Assembly (NCBI GenBank): GCA_964491475.1
Contig: CAZBFO010000002.1
Span: forward strand, 277,841 to 341,840
Direction of reading: 5' to 3'
From: an uncultured Gammaproteobacteria bacterium
GTDB lineage: Bacteria; Patescibacteriota; Patescibacteriia; SG8-24
Length of the DNA stretch: 64,000 nucleotides
Made by a program: the position numbers and the translations under genes. Of the stretch, positions 1 to 9,418 are shown one piece after another (position 1 is the stretch's first letter; every line of letters begins with the position of its first letter). A model generated the notes under the pieces. The model was not told where the DNA came from. It was given only the letters and a program-made list of their open reading frames with translations, and ran no database searches.

Positions 1-1
1 G

Positions 2-733
2 GCCCAGCCGCCGGAGCCGAAGAACTGGGGGACCGTCTTCCATCAAGTGACCGAAGAGCCCGTTCCCAAAGCGGTCGTCCGCATCTTTTCGGCGCGCTTC
101 AACAAGCTGCTCGAGACGCAGGTCACCGACATCTTCGGTCGTTACCATTTCCGCGTGATGGACAACGTCTACTACCTGACCGTCACCAAGGAGGGCTTCC
201 GCAAGACCGAAACGGAGCCGATCGACCTGGTGGGCAGCTTCACGCCCATCATCATCGCCTCCGATTTGCCCCTGTCGCCGGTCGAGGGAGCGCTTATCGT
301 CGCGACCAAGAAGAAGCCCGCCGACGACAAGCCGAAGAAGTCGATGATCGTCGGGCCGCAGGCATACGGTGCCAAGACTGGCGGACCGAACGCGCCGTCG
401 CTGCCGGCGTCCCTGATGGGGGATGCGGAGCCGGTCAAGAAACCTGCCGAGAAGCCTTATGTGCCGCTGGTGGCTCCCGCAGTACCCGACGTCCTCAAGG
501 GGACGCACGACGAAGCTGCGCCGAAGAAGAAGGTGCCGGTACCGCTCTCGACGCCCGTCGTTCCCGAGGCGCTTTCCGACGGGACAAAGGGACCGCCAGC
601 CGTCGAAACGGCGCCCCCGCCAGCCGCGGTGCCGCCGATGGAAAAGCCCGTAGACGCGCCGAAGAGCGACGAACCGGACGACGAACCGAAAGAGCAGCCG
701 CCGAAGTCCGGCGCCTGGCACCGTGATCTGTAA
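2..733 (+). CDS. 5'-truncated protein with carboxypeptidase-regulatory-like (prealbumin-fold) domain and Pro/Lys-rich tail
   Basis: Frame is open from base 2 (AQPPEPKNWGTVFHQVTEEPVPKAVVRIF...TDIFGRYHF...YYLTVTKEGF); low-complexity C-terminus; the start lies upstream of the window. Confidence 0.7.
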   Translation, partial: AQPPEPKNWGTVFHQVTEEPVPKAVVRIFSARFNKLLETQVTDIFGRYHFRVMDNVYYLTVTKEGFRKTETEPIDLVGSFTPIIIASDLPLSPVEGALIVATKKKPADDKPKKSMIVGPQAYGAKTGGPNAPSLPASLMGDAEPVKKPAEKPYVPLVAPAVPDVLKGTHDEAAPKKKVPVPLSTPVVPEALSDGTKGPPAVETAPPPAAVPPMEKPVDAPKSDEPDDEPKEQPPKSGAWHRDL

Positions 734-736
734 CCC

Positions 737-1378
737 ATGCGTACCGAGCATTTCGACCAGGTGATGCGTGCGTTGAAGCGCCGTTACCGCGCGCCGGCGG
801 AATCGGCCAAGGGAACGCCGTGGGAGTGCGTGCTGTTCACCATGCTCACTGCCAGGTCGCGCGACGATCAGGTGGAAGGGCCTTTCCGGGCGCTGATGCG
901 CGCCTACCCCACGCCGCAGGCCTTGTCGCGCGCGAAGGTCGGCGACGTGGCGCAGGTCATCAGGGCCATCGGCCTGTACCGCGGCAAGGCCAAGAACGCG
1001 GTCGCTTTGGCAAAAGCGGTCACGGACCGTCATGGCGGCAAGGTGCCGGCGGACCTCGACGAGCTGGTCGAACTTCCCGGTGTCGGCCGGAAGACGGCCA
1101 GCTGCGTGCTGGTGTACGCCTTCGGCATTCCGGCCATCGCGGTCGACACGCACGTCCTGCGCATCGTCAATCGCCTCGGCTGGATCAGGGAGGAGACGCC
1201 CGAAAAGGCCGAGCGCGCCCTTCGGCGAGTGCTGCCCCAGAAGCATTGGCTGGACGTGAACCGGGTGATGGTCCAGTTCGGCCGCGACATCTGCACGCCG
1301 GGCGCCAAGCCGAAGTGCTGCGCCTGCCCAGTGGCAAAGTGGTGCGGCTTCCCCAAGAAAACCGGGGTGCCACGTTGA
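737..1378 (+). CDS. nth: Endonuclease III (HhH-GPD DNA glycosylase with Fe-S cluster)
   Basis: LPGVGRKTA HhH motif, AVDTHVLRI, C-terminal 4-Cys cluster CTPGAKPKCCACPVAKWC. Confidence 0.93.
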   Translation: MRTEHFDQVMRALKRRYRAPAESAKGTPWECVLFTMLTARSRDDQVEGPFRALMRAYPTPQALSRAKVGDVAQVIRAIGLYRGKAKNAVALAKAVTDRHGGKVPADLDELVELPGVGRKTASCVLVYAFGIPAIAVDTHVLRIVNRLGWIREETPEKAERALRRVLPQKHWLDVNRVMVQFGRDICTPGAKPKCCACPVAKWCGFPKKTGVPR

Positions 1379-1443
1379 TTCTTCGGCGGTTTCCGACTAC
1401 AGTGGGCCAAGGAGCCGCTGCACCGCGGAAACGGCTTAGCACT

Positions 1444-2043
1444 ATGATTCGCTTTGACGCCGAGGCCTTTCGGAACATCAACGACATGGCGGGCCGCTCG
1501 TCGGCGCTTGACGCGGTAGGCGGTTTTTGCGCACGATGGCTGATCGTCGCGATGTTCGCGGCGGTCATCGCCCGCGCGGTCATCGCGTCACGCAGGCCGG
1601 GTTCACGCAAGGCGGCAGCGCTGTTCGCGGTGGCCGAAATCCGTGCTGTCATCGCCAGTGCCCTGGCGTTCGCCGGCAACTGGGTGTTCAGCCTGCTGGT
1701 CTTCCGACCGAGGCCATACGTCGCCCTCATGGGCGTGCACCTGATCGTGCCGGAACCGCTGACCCCTTACGCTTTTCCGTCCGGTCACTCGTCGGCCGCC
1801 TTCGCCCTCGGCTTCACGATGCTGCTTGTCGACCTGCCGTTCGGCCTGCTGCTGCTGGCCTGCGCCTGCGCCGTGGCCGTCGCCCGCGTCTACGTGGGCG
1901 TGCATTACCCGATGGACGTGCTGGCCGGCGTGTTCGTCGGACTGTTCTGGGCGCTGGTCATGCATTTCGTCGGCACGCGCCTGCACGACAAGTCGGCGCT
2001 GCTCCGCTTCTTCAGGAAATTCCGCGCTTCGCGCACCCGCTGA
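1444..2043 (+). CDS. PAP2 family phosphatase (undecaprenyl-diphosphatase BcrC-like)
   Basis: FRPRP, FPSGHS and ARVYVGVHYPMDV motifs; multiple TM helices; ATG at 1444 within the longer ORF. Confidence 0.88.
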   Translation: MIRFDAEAFRNINDMAGRSSALDAVGGFCARWLIVAMFAAVIARAVIASRRPGSRKAAALFAVAEIRAVIASALAFAGNWVFSLLVFRPRPYVALMGVHLIVPEPLTPYAFPSGHSSAAFALGFTMLLVDLPFGLLLLACACAVAVARVYVGVHYPMDVLAGVFVGLFWALVMHFVGTRLHDKSALLRFFRKFRASRTR

Positions 2044-2044
2044 C

Positions 2045-3136
2045 ATGAAAGCGCTCATACTCGCCGGCGGCGGAGGCACGCGCCTCTGGCCGGTCTCCCG
2101 AAAAAACATGCCCAAGCAAGTGGAAGCCATCATCGGCGACTCCACCCTTTTGCGCGCCACTTACGACCGCGTGCGCGTCGGTTTCGCGCCCGAGGACATC
2201 TACGTGGCGGCCGCCGAGGCCCATGCCGAGCTGGTGCGCGCCCAGTTGCCGGACCTGCCTGCGGAAAACCTGGTGTTGGAGCCGTGCCGCCGCGAGACCG
2301 CCGCGGCCATCGGCTTCGCCCTGCTGCATGTCGCCAAGAAGGATCCGCAAGCCGCGTTCGTGACCGTCAATTCCGACGCCTTCGTCCGCGACGTGCCGGA
2401 ATACCATCGCGTGCTGCGCGCCGCCGAGCAGGCCGTTTCGGCCGACCCGACGCATACGGTGCTGGTCGGCATCACTCCGGCGTATCCGGAGACGGGCTAC
2501 GGCTACATCAAGACGGGGGAGCGCGTGCACGTGGCCGAAGCCGGCGGCAAGGACTTTCCCGTCTACGCCGTCGAACGCTTCGTCGAAAAGCCCGATCTCG
2601 CCGTTGCGGAAACGTACCTCGCCGACGGCAGCTACCTTTGGAACCCCACGCTCATCGTCGGCCGCGTCGACCATTTCCTGTCGCTGTACCGCAAGCACCT
2701 GCCGACGCACGCGCAGTACTTCGACCGCATCTCCGCCGCGCTCGGCACCGCCGACGAGGACGAGACCGTCCGCGCGCACTTCGCCCGGATTCCGGCCATC
2801 AGCGTCGACTACGGCATCCTCGAAAAGGCCGAAGGCATGCTGACGCTGCCCGCGAACTTCGGCTGGGCCGACGTCGGCCACTGGCGCACCGTGCGCGACA
2901 TCTTGGCCGACGGCCCGGAGGAGAACGTCGTCAAAGGCCGTCACGTCGGGGTCGACTCGCACGGCAACCTCATCTACGGCTACGGCGGCAAGCTCATCGC
3001 CACCGCCGGCATCCGCGACATGATCATCATCGACACCGGCGACGCCGTGCTGGTCTGCGCCAAGGACCGCGCCCAGGAAGTGAAGAAGATCGTCGGCGCG
3101 CTCGAAGAGGATTCGGAACTGCAAAAATACCTGTAA
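2045..3136 (+). CDS. manC: Mannose-1-phosphate guanylyltransferase
   Basis: ILAGGGGTRLWPVSRKNMPKQ, ETGYGYI, FVEKP, ISVDYGILEK, WADVGHW. Confidence 0.92.
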   Translation: MKALILAGGGGTRLWPVSRKNMPKQVEAIIGDSTLLRATYDRVRVGFAPEDIYVAAAEAHAELVRAQLPDLPAENLVLEPCRRETAAAIGFALLHVAKKDPQAAFVTVNSDAFVRDVPEYHRVLRAAEQAVSADPTHTVLVGITPAYPETGYGYIKTGERVHVAEAGGKDFPVYAVERFVEKPDLAVAETYLADGSYLWNPTLIVGRVDHFLSLYRKHLPTHAQYFDRISAALGTADEDETVRAHFARIPAISVDYGILEKAEGMLTLPANFGWADVGHWRTVRDILADGPEENVVKGRHVGVDSHGNLIYGYGGKLIATAGIRDMIIIDTGDAVLVCAKDRAQEVKKIVGALEEDSELQKYL

Positions 3137-3148
3137 CGTTTTCGCCGC

Positions 3149-4192
3149 ATGCGCAGAATGCTTGTCCCCGTCTGCATCGTCCTTATCCTGCTCGCCGCGA
3201 TCGGGTGGACGGGCGTTTGGCTGTCCGCCCCGGTCACCAAGGACGCCGCGGCATTCACGGTGGCCGTCGGCGAGAAGACCGACGTCATCATCGCGCATCT
3301 CAAGCAACGCGGGGTCATTCGCAGCACCGCGCTGTTCAAGCTGGCGCTCTCCAAGAGCGGGCTGGCCACCAAGCTGCAGCCCGGCACCTACGACCTGCGC
3401 GGCGCGGCGGACTTTGACGCGCTCATCAAGAAGCTGGCTTCCGGCGGCGTGGCCGCCAACGAGCAGGTGCTGCTGGTCAAGGAGGGCTGGGATCTGCGCG
3501 ACATCAACGACGCGCTGGCCCGGCTCGACGTCTCCGGCCGGGACCTGTACCGCGTCACCGGCGTCCCGGCGACGGACGCGCGCGCCTTCAATTCCGACAA
3601 GGCGCCGTTGGCAAAGGATTTTTCGGCGGACTTCCCGTATCTCAAGGACAAGCCCAAGTACGTCAGCTTGGAAGGGTTCCTGTTCCCCGACACTTACCGT
3701 TTGTTCAAGGACGCCACCGCCGAGGAAGTAGTCCGCAAGATGCTCGAGAACTTCGACCGCAAGCTGACTCCCGAATTGCGCGTCAGGATCGCCTCGCAGA
3801 AACGCACCGTCTACGAGGTCGTGACCATGGCCAGCGTCGTCGAGCGCGAAGTGCAGACCGACGAAGACCGCCGCAAGGTGGCCGATATCTTCTGGCGCCG
3901 CATCGATCGCGGCATGCCGCTGCAGGCCGACTCCACCGTCAACTACGTCACCGGCAAGGGGATGGCTTCGGTCAGCTACGATGACACCAAGAACGTTTCG
4001 CCCTATAATACCTACAAGTATCGCGGTTTGCCGCTCGGTCCCATTTGCAATCCCGGCCTTTCGGCCATCGATGCGGCCGTCAACCCCGAGCCGAACGACG
4101 CCTGGTACTTCCTGACCGACAAGGACGGCAAGGTGTACTACGCCCGCACGCTCGATGAGCACAACCGCAATAAGGCACGGTACATGCGCTGA
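3149..4192 (+). CDS. mltG: Endolytic transglycosylase MltG (YceG-like)
   Basis: N-terminal TM, LEGFLFPDTY, ASVVERE, LQADST, SPYNTYKYRGLPLGPICNPG. Confidence 0.95.
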   Translation: MRRMLVPVCIVLILLAAIGWTGVWLSAPVTKDAAAFTVAVGEKTDVIIAHLKQRGVIRSTALFKLALSKSGLATKLQPGTYDLRGAADFDALIKKLASGGVAANEQVLLVKEGWDLRDINDALARLDVSGRDLYRVTGVPATDARAFNSDKAPLAKDFSADFPYLKDKPKYVSLEGFLFPDTYRLFKDATAEEVVRKMLENFDRKLTPELRVRIASQKRTVYEVVTMASVVEREVQTDEDRRKVADIFWRRIDRGMPLQADSTVNYVTGKGMASVSYDDTKNVSPYNTYKYRGLPLGPICNPGLSAIDAAVNPEPNDAWYFLTDKDGKVYYARTLDEHNRNKARYMR

Positions 4193-4224
4193 AGCCTCCG
4201 GCGCGGTCCCTATCAGCCAGCGTT

Positions 4225-6012
4225 ATGCGTTACATGAAGGTTCGCGCAATTTTCGCCTCGATCGCCGTAGCGGCTTCGTGTTTTGCCGCGTCTGCCGCAG
4301 ACGCCCAGCCGTTGCCCCCGCCCGCCGAGGATCCGGCGCGGCTCGGCGCGCCGGCCCCTTTCGACGCCGGCCGCGAGGAGATCGAATCTTTTTTTTCGCG
4401 CCTGTCGGTGCACCAGGACGGCACCATGACGGTGGATGAGACCATCGACTACAATTTTCCGAGCGCCAAGCACGGCATCTATCGCGACATCCCCGTACGT
4501 TACGACATTGACGGCAAGACGGTCGAGATGCCCCTCGGCGCCTTTTCCGTCCGCGCTCCCGACGGCGAGGCGATTCCGTACGTGACGAAGAGGAACAAGG
4601 ACAGCGTCCGGATAAAGATCGGCGACCCGAACGTGACCGTCACCGGGGTGCGCGCCTACGTGATCGAATACTCCGTGTCCGGCGCGCTGCGCTATTTCGG
4701 AGACCATGACGAGCTGTACTGGAACGTGACCGGCAACGGCTGGGACGTGCCCATCCGCAAGTCGGGCGCGCAGGTCGTGCTGCCAGACGCCGTCGACGCC
4801 AAGTCCATCACGACGCGCTGCTTCACCGGGGGCGCGGGCTCGACAGCACAGGATTGCCTCGGCAGGCCGCAGGGCCCCGGTGCCAGCTTCGTGGCCAACG
4901 GGCCGTTGACCGTCGTCGTCGGCTGGAACAAGGGGGTCGTGCAGACGCTGCTTCCAAAGGAGGTCGGTTTCTTCGACAGCCACGGGAACCTGCTGCCGTT
5001 CCTGCTGCCCGTCCTCGTGCTCATCGGCCTCATCGCCGTCTGGGCAAAGAAGGGCCGTGATCCGGCCGGACGGGGCACCATCATGGTGCAATACGAGCCG
5101 CCAGGAGGAATGACGCCGGTGGAAGTCGGCGGCCTCTGCAAGGAAGACGTCAGTAACTCCGACGTTTCGGCCATCATCGTCAGCCTGGCCGTGCGCGGCT
5201 ACCTGCTGATCGCCGAAACCGAGAAGAAGGGGCTGCTGACCACCGGCGCCGATTACGAGTTCCGCCGGCTGAAGGACTACGCTAACGACTCCACGCTGCA
5301 GCCGTACGAGAAGCTGGTGCTCGACACGCTCTTCGGCGGGACCGGCATGCTGGTGCGCGTCTCGGAAATCTCCGAACAGCACCTGTTCTACAAGCAGATG
5401 CAGCCGGTGAAAAACGCGGTCTTCGCCAGGCTGGTGGAACAGGGCTACTTCCCGAGCGATCCGGCGAAGATCAAGGCGGGATACTACGGCGTCGGCATCA
5501 TGGCGCTGTTCGGACTTTTCTTCTTCGGCAACGTGTCGGATGCCTTTTCGGGCACCTTCTTCGGCAACGTTTTCCTGGCCATTGCGGTCTCGGCCGTGCT
5601 GGTGATGTTCTTCGCCCACCTGATGCCCCGCCGTACGCCCAAGGGCGTCGCTGCCTACGAAGCCGCCCTCGGGTTCAAGGATTACGTTTCTACGGCCGAG
5701 AAGTACCGCCTGCAGTGGCAGGAAAAGGAACATATCTTCGAGAACTTCCTGCCGTACGCGATGGTCTTCGGCGTGGTGGCCAAATGGTCCAAGGCGTTCG
5801 AGAACATGAACTTGCCGAAGCCGGAGTGGTATCAGGGCTCGGCATTCAGCGCCGGAGCATTCAACGCGGCGGCATTTTCCAGCGCCTTCGGCTCGATGGA
5901 TCGCGCCATGTCCTCGGCGATGATTTCGCGGCCGTCCAGCTCAAGCGGCGGCAGCGGCTTCGGCGGCTCTTCGGGCGGCGGCGGAGGCGGCGGAGGGGGA
6001 GGGAGCTGGTAA
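4225..6012 (+). CDS. DUF2207 family membrane protein
   Basis: Signal peptide, HGIYRDIP, ELYWNVTGNGW, LPYAMVFG, C-terminal GGGGGGGGGSW. Confidence 0.9.
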   Translation: MRYMKVRAIFASIAVAASCFAASAADAQPLPPPAEDPARLGAPAPFDAGREEIESFFSRLSVHQDGTMTVDETIDYNFPSAKHGIYRDIPVRYDIDGKTVEMPLGAFSVRAPDGEAIPYVTKRNKDSVRIKIGDPNVTVTGVRAYVIEYSVSGALRYFGDHDELYWNVTGNGWDVPIRKSGAQVVLPDAVDAKSITTRCFTGGAGSTAQDCLGRPQGPGASFVANGPLTVVVGWNKGVVQTLLPKEVGFFDSHGNLLPFLLPVLVLIGLIAVWAKKGRDPAGRGTIMVQYEPPGGMTPVEVGGLCKEDVSNSDVSAIIVSLAVRGYLLIAETEKKGLLTTGADYEFRRLKDYANDSTLQPYEKLVLDTLFGGTGMLVRVSEISEQHLFYKQMQPVKNAVFARLVEQGYFPSDPAKIKAGYYGVGIMALFGLFFFGNVSDAFSGTFFGNVFLAIAVSAVLVMFFAHLMPRRTPKGVAAYEAALGFKDYVSTAEKYRLQWQEKEHIFENFLPYAMVFGVVAKWSKAFENMNLPKPEWYQGSAFSAGAFNAAAFSSAFGSMDRAMSSAMISRPSSSSGGSGFGGSSGGGGGGGGGGSW

Positions 6013-6022
6013 CGCATTGCCT

Positions 6023-6451
6023 ATGAATGACGAACAGATCAGAAATATCCTGGAAGAGAATCGCGTCATCGCCTCGGTGGGCCTGTCGTCGAATCCTGAC
6101 AGGCCGAGCTACGGCGTCTGTTCTTTTTTGCGCATCAAGGGCTATCGCATCATTCCCGTGAATCCCAACGAGACCCAGGTGCTCGGCGAGAAGTCGTACC
6201 CTGACCTTCGCTCGGTGCCGGAGAAGGTCGACATCGTGCAGGTCTTCCGCAAGCCCGAAGCAGTGCCGCAGATCGTGGAAGACGCCATCGCCATCGGCGC
6301 CAAGGTGGTCTGGATGCAGGACGGCGCCGGCAACGTCGATGCGGCCAAGCGGGCCGAAGAAGCGGGCCTGGTCGCGGTCGTCGACGATTGCATGCTGCGC
6401 CAGTACCGTCGCCTGGATGCGGAATCGCCGATTCACGTAAAATCCGCTTGA
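6023..6451 (+). CDS. CoA-binding protein (YccU-like)
   Basis: VGLSSNPDRPS, IIPVNP, VDIVQVFR, VWMQDG, DDCM. Confidence 0.9.
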   Translation: MNDEQIRNILEENRVIASVGLSSNPDRPSYGVCSFLRIKGYRIIPVNPNETQVLGEKSYPDLRSVPEKVDIVQVFRKPEAVPQIVEDAIAIGAKVVWMQDGAGNVDAAKRAEEAGLVAVVDDCMLRQYRRLDAESPIHVKSA

Positions 6452-6459
6452 GAGCAGCT

Positions 6460-6490
6460 GCCGCCAACGACCTTGGCGGCGTTTGTTTTT
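6460..6490 (+). terminator. Intrinsic terminator
   Basis: GCCGCCAA-CGACC-TTGGCGGC followed by GTTTGTTTTT. Confidence 0.7.
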
Positions 6491-6539
6491 CCGGAGCCGT
6501 GCCTTTGGCCTTTTCGCGTCGGTCTAGTACAGTACCGCC

Positions 6540-8642
6540 ATGTCCCGCATCGACTACGAGAAGGAGCTCAACGAAGAACAGCTGGCCGCCGTCCGCGAGG
6601 GCGACGGCCCTTGCGTCGTGCTCGCCGGCGCCGGTTCGGGCAAGACGCGCACCATCGTCTACCGCGTCGCTTGGCTGATCGAGCACGGCGTCTCGCCGGA
6701 CTCGATTTTGCTTTTGACCTTCACCAACAAGGCGGCATCAGAAATGATGGGGCGCATCGGCAGCCTGCTGGGGTCCGAACTGCCCTTCGGTTCCGGCGGC
6801 GTCTGGGGCGGCACCTTCCATTCCGTCGCCAACCGTATCCTGCGCTCCTTTGCGGAACGCATCGGCTATACTTCGTCGTTCTCCATTCTCGATGACGAGG
6901 ACTCCCGCGACCTGATGAAGGCCTGCATGCGCGAGCTCGGCTTTGCCTCCGCCGACAAGCGCTTCCCCTCGCCGGCAGTCGTCCGCGACCTCATCAGCTA
7001 CGCCACCAACGCCATGAAGTCGCTGGAAGACGCCGTGGCCAAGAAGCACCCCAAGTTCGAGCCGCTGCTGCCCGACCTGCAGCGCATCGCCGAAGCCTAC
7101 GACGCCAAGAAGCGCAATTCCAACGCCATGGACTTCGACGACCTGCTCTCGAAGCTGTTCAAGCTGCTCTCCGCCGACGTCTCCGCGCGAGAACGCATCG
7201 CCGGGCGCTGGAAGTACGTGCTGGTCGACGAATACCAGGACACCAATCCGCTGCAGGCCTCGCTGGTCCGCCTGATGGTCGGTCCCGAGCAGAACCTCCT
7301 GGTGGTCGGCGACGACGCCCAGAGCATCTACTCCTTCCGCGCCGCCGACGTGCGCAACATCTTGGATTTTCCCAAGCAGTACCCGGGCTCCAAGATGTTC
7401 AAGCTGCTCACCAACTATCGCTCCGTCCCCGAAATCCTCAACCTGGCCAACGACGTCATCTCGCGCAACGTCGACCAGTTCCACAAGGAGTTGGTCAGCG
7501 TCAAAAAGCCGTTTCACAAGCCGGCCGTGGTGCCTTGCCCGTCCTCGTTCCAGGAAGCCGACTTCGTGGTCGGCAAGATCCGCGACCTGATCGAAGAGGG
7601 CGTGAAGCCGGAGGCGATAGCCGTGCTGTTCCGCGCCACGCATCACTCGCAGACCGTCGAATTCGAACTGATGAAGCGCGGCATCGCCTACGACTACCGC
7701 GGCGGCGTGAAGTTCTTCGACCGCGCCCACGTCAAGGACGCGCTGTCGTTCCTGCGCATCAAGAACAACTTCAACGACGAAGCCGCCTGGCTGCGCATCC
7801 TCACCATTCAGCCGGGAGTGGGGGAGGTGATGGCCGCCAAGATGCTGACCATGTTCCGCGCCGCCGGCAGCTTGGCGCACGCCGTGCTTTCACCGGTCGA
7901 GGCCGCGCTCGGCGCCCGCGCCGCCAAGGGCTGGGCTGAACTGCGCCCCACCTTGGAAAAACTGGTCGAGCAGCAGAAGCCCATGGACATCATCCGCACC
8001 GTCACCAAATCCGGCTACGTCGACTATCTCGAGAACGAGTATCCCAACTGGCGCGAGCGCCTTGAGGACATCGAGCAGCTCGCCGTCTTCGCCGAAGAGT
8101 ACGAGACCGCTTCGGAACTGCTGGCCGACATCGCCCTCGACTCCGGTGCCGCCGAGAAGCAGTCCAACCGCGGCCGCCAGCGCCGCGACGTGGCCGACAA
8201 GGTGGTGCTCTCCACCATCCACCAGGCCAAGGGCTTGGAGTGGGACGCCGTCTTCGTCATCCATCTCACCAACTCCGGCTTCCCCAACCGCAAGGCCGCC
8301 ATGGAAGAGGGCGGCATCGAGGAAGAGCGTCGCCTGTTCTACGTGGCCGTGACCCGTTCCAAGAAGCATCTTTATCTTTCGTATCCCGCCACAGCCGGTC
8401 GCGACATGTTCACGCTGGAACAACCGTCGATCTTCCTGGAAGAGGCCAACCCGAAGATGCTCGACCTCTCGCTGGTCGAAGGCCGTCTCGGCTTTGGCGG
8501 CAGCGGTCACTCCTTCGATGACAGCGACAGCGGTGGCTTCTACGAAGACAACGCAGTTTCCGTCGACGACTCCGAAAACCCCTTTGCCGAGATGAAGTCC
8601 AAGGTAAAGAAGATCAAGCGGAGCTATCTCCGCGACGTGTGA
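6540..8642 (+). CDS. UvrD/PcrA superfamily I DNA helicase
   Basis: AGAGSGKT, TFTNKAA, VDEYQD, VGDDAQSIYSFR, NYRS, STIHQAKGLEW, EERRLFYVAVTR. Confidence 0.95.
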   Translation: MSRIDYEKELNEEQLAAVREGDGPCVVLAGAGSGKTRTIVYRVAWLIEHGVSPDSILLLTFTNKAASEMMGRIGSLLGSELPFGSGGVWGGTFHSVANRILRSFAERIGYTSSFSILDDEDSRDLMKACMRELGFASADKRFPSPAVVRDLISYATNAMKSLEDAVAKKHPKFEPLLPDLQRIAEAYDAKKRNSNAMDFDDLLSKLFKLLSADVSARERIAGRWKYVLVDEYQDTNPLQASLVRLMVGPEQNLLVVGDDAQSIYSFRAADVRNILDFPKQYPGSKMFKLLTNYRSVPEILNLANDVISRNVDQFHKELVSVKKPFHKPAVVPCPSSFQEADFVVGKIRDLIEEGVKPEAIAVLFRATHHSQTVEFELMKRGIAYDYRGGVKFFDRAHVKDALSFLRIKNNFNDEAAWLRILTIQPGVGEVMAAKMLTMFRAAGSLAHAVLSPVEAALGARAAKGWAELRPTLEKLVEQQKPMDIIRTVTKSGYVDYLENEYPNWRERLEDIEQLAVFAEEYETASELLADIALDSGAAEKQSNRGRQRRDVADKVVLSTIHQAKGLEWDAVFVIHLTNSGFPNRKAAMEEGGIEEERRLFYVAVTRSKKHLYLSYPATAGRDMFTLEQPSIFLEEANPKMLDLSLVEGRLGFGGSGHSFDDSDSGGFYEDNAVSVDDSENPFAEMKSKVKKIKRSYLRDV

Positions 8643-8659
8643 CCCTGACCGGGCGACCG

Positions 8660-8688
8660 TTGACAAAAGGCCCGTTTCGTGATACGTT
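8660..8688 (+). promoter_or_regulatory. sigma70-type promoter
   Basis: TTGACA (8660-8665), 17-bp spacer ending TGA, then TACGTT (extended -10). Confidence 0.65.
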
Positions 8689-8694
8689 TCCTCT

Positions 8695-8782
8695 CGTACC
8701 CAAAAAGGCGAAAAACGGATATTTTCCCTAACTGAAGGCAAAAAACGAATGAGCCGGCTCCGGCGTGAGCTGGTCTTTTTTC
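8695..8782 (+). ncRNA. Candidate small RNA or attenuator (about 88 nt)
   Basis: Lies between a sigma70 promoter and a GCCGGCTC/GAGCTGGT hairpin plus U-tract; no credible ORF; duplicated 16-mer. Confidence 0.45.
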
Positions 8783-8791
8783 TTCTGAAAA

Positions 8792-8822
8792 TGTAATTTT
8801 TGTTTCCGGCAGCTGTAGTAGT
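8792..8822 (+). promoter_or_regulatory. Putative ECF-sigma promoter (autoregulatory)
   Basis: TGTAAT-N16-TGTA, resembling SigW TGAAAC-N16/17-CGTA; GCTGTAGTAGT recurs at 10201-10211. Confidence 0.6.
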
Positions 8823-8854
8823 AGAGACCAGTAACGGCTAACCTCGGAGAGGCA

Positions 8855-9418
8855 ATGCAAGAGCAAACAGACGAGGAAATCGTTGTGCAGGTCCAAAAGG
8901 GGGACGTGGAGGCCTTTGGCGCGCTGATGAAGCGCTATGAGCCGAAACTGACGCGATATGCGCGAAAATTCCTCCTGGACGGCGGCGACGCCGAGGATTT
9001 GGTGCAGGAGGCCTTCATCAAGGCCTACATGAACGTGCGGGGCTTCGACCCTGCACGTCGTTTCTCGCCATGGATCTACCGCATCGCGCATAACGTCTTC
9101 ATCAACGCCATCAAGAAGCGCGGCACGGACAGGGTATCCTTCTTCAACCTCGACCTCGTCTTTCCCCACGCGGCGGCAAAGGAGACCGCCGACGACGAGA
9201 CGCAGAAGCGGGAACTGCGCGAAACGCTCGATGCGCACTTGGGCAAGCTGGACCGGAAGTACCGCGAACCGATCGTCCTCTACTTTTACGAAGACATGGA
9301 TTACCAGGGCATAGCCGAAACGCTGCAGATACCGGTATCCACCGTTGGCGTGCGGCTGCAAAGGGGCAAGGCGCTGCTCAAGAAGATCGCGGAAAAAAAC
9401 GAAGCGACGGCACTATGA
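8855..9418 (+). CDS. ECF RNA polymerase sigma factor (SigW/RpoE-like)
   Basis: DAEDLVQEAFIKAY, FSPWIYRIAHN, region 4 IAETLQIPVSTVGVRLQRGK; GGAGAGG SD. Confidence 0.95.
   Translation: MQEQTDEEIVVQVQKGDVEAFGALMKRYEPKLTRYARKFLLDGGDAEDLVQEAFIKAYMNVRGFDPARRFSPWIYRIAHNVFINAIKKRGTDRVSFFNLDLVFPHAAAKETADDETQKRELRETLDAHLGKLDRKYREPIVLYFYEDMDYQGIAETLQIPVSTVGVRLQRGKALLKKIAEKNEATAL

Noticed and set aside
5935-6010. GGC-rich simple repeat
   Set aside because: Encodes the normal Gly-rich C-terminus of DUF2207 proteins
8705-8750. Direct repeats as a mini-CRISPR array
   Set aside because: Only two 16-bp copies with a 14-bp spacer and no cas genes; TM0106 is Cas4-like but is not a Cas protein
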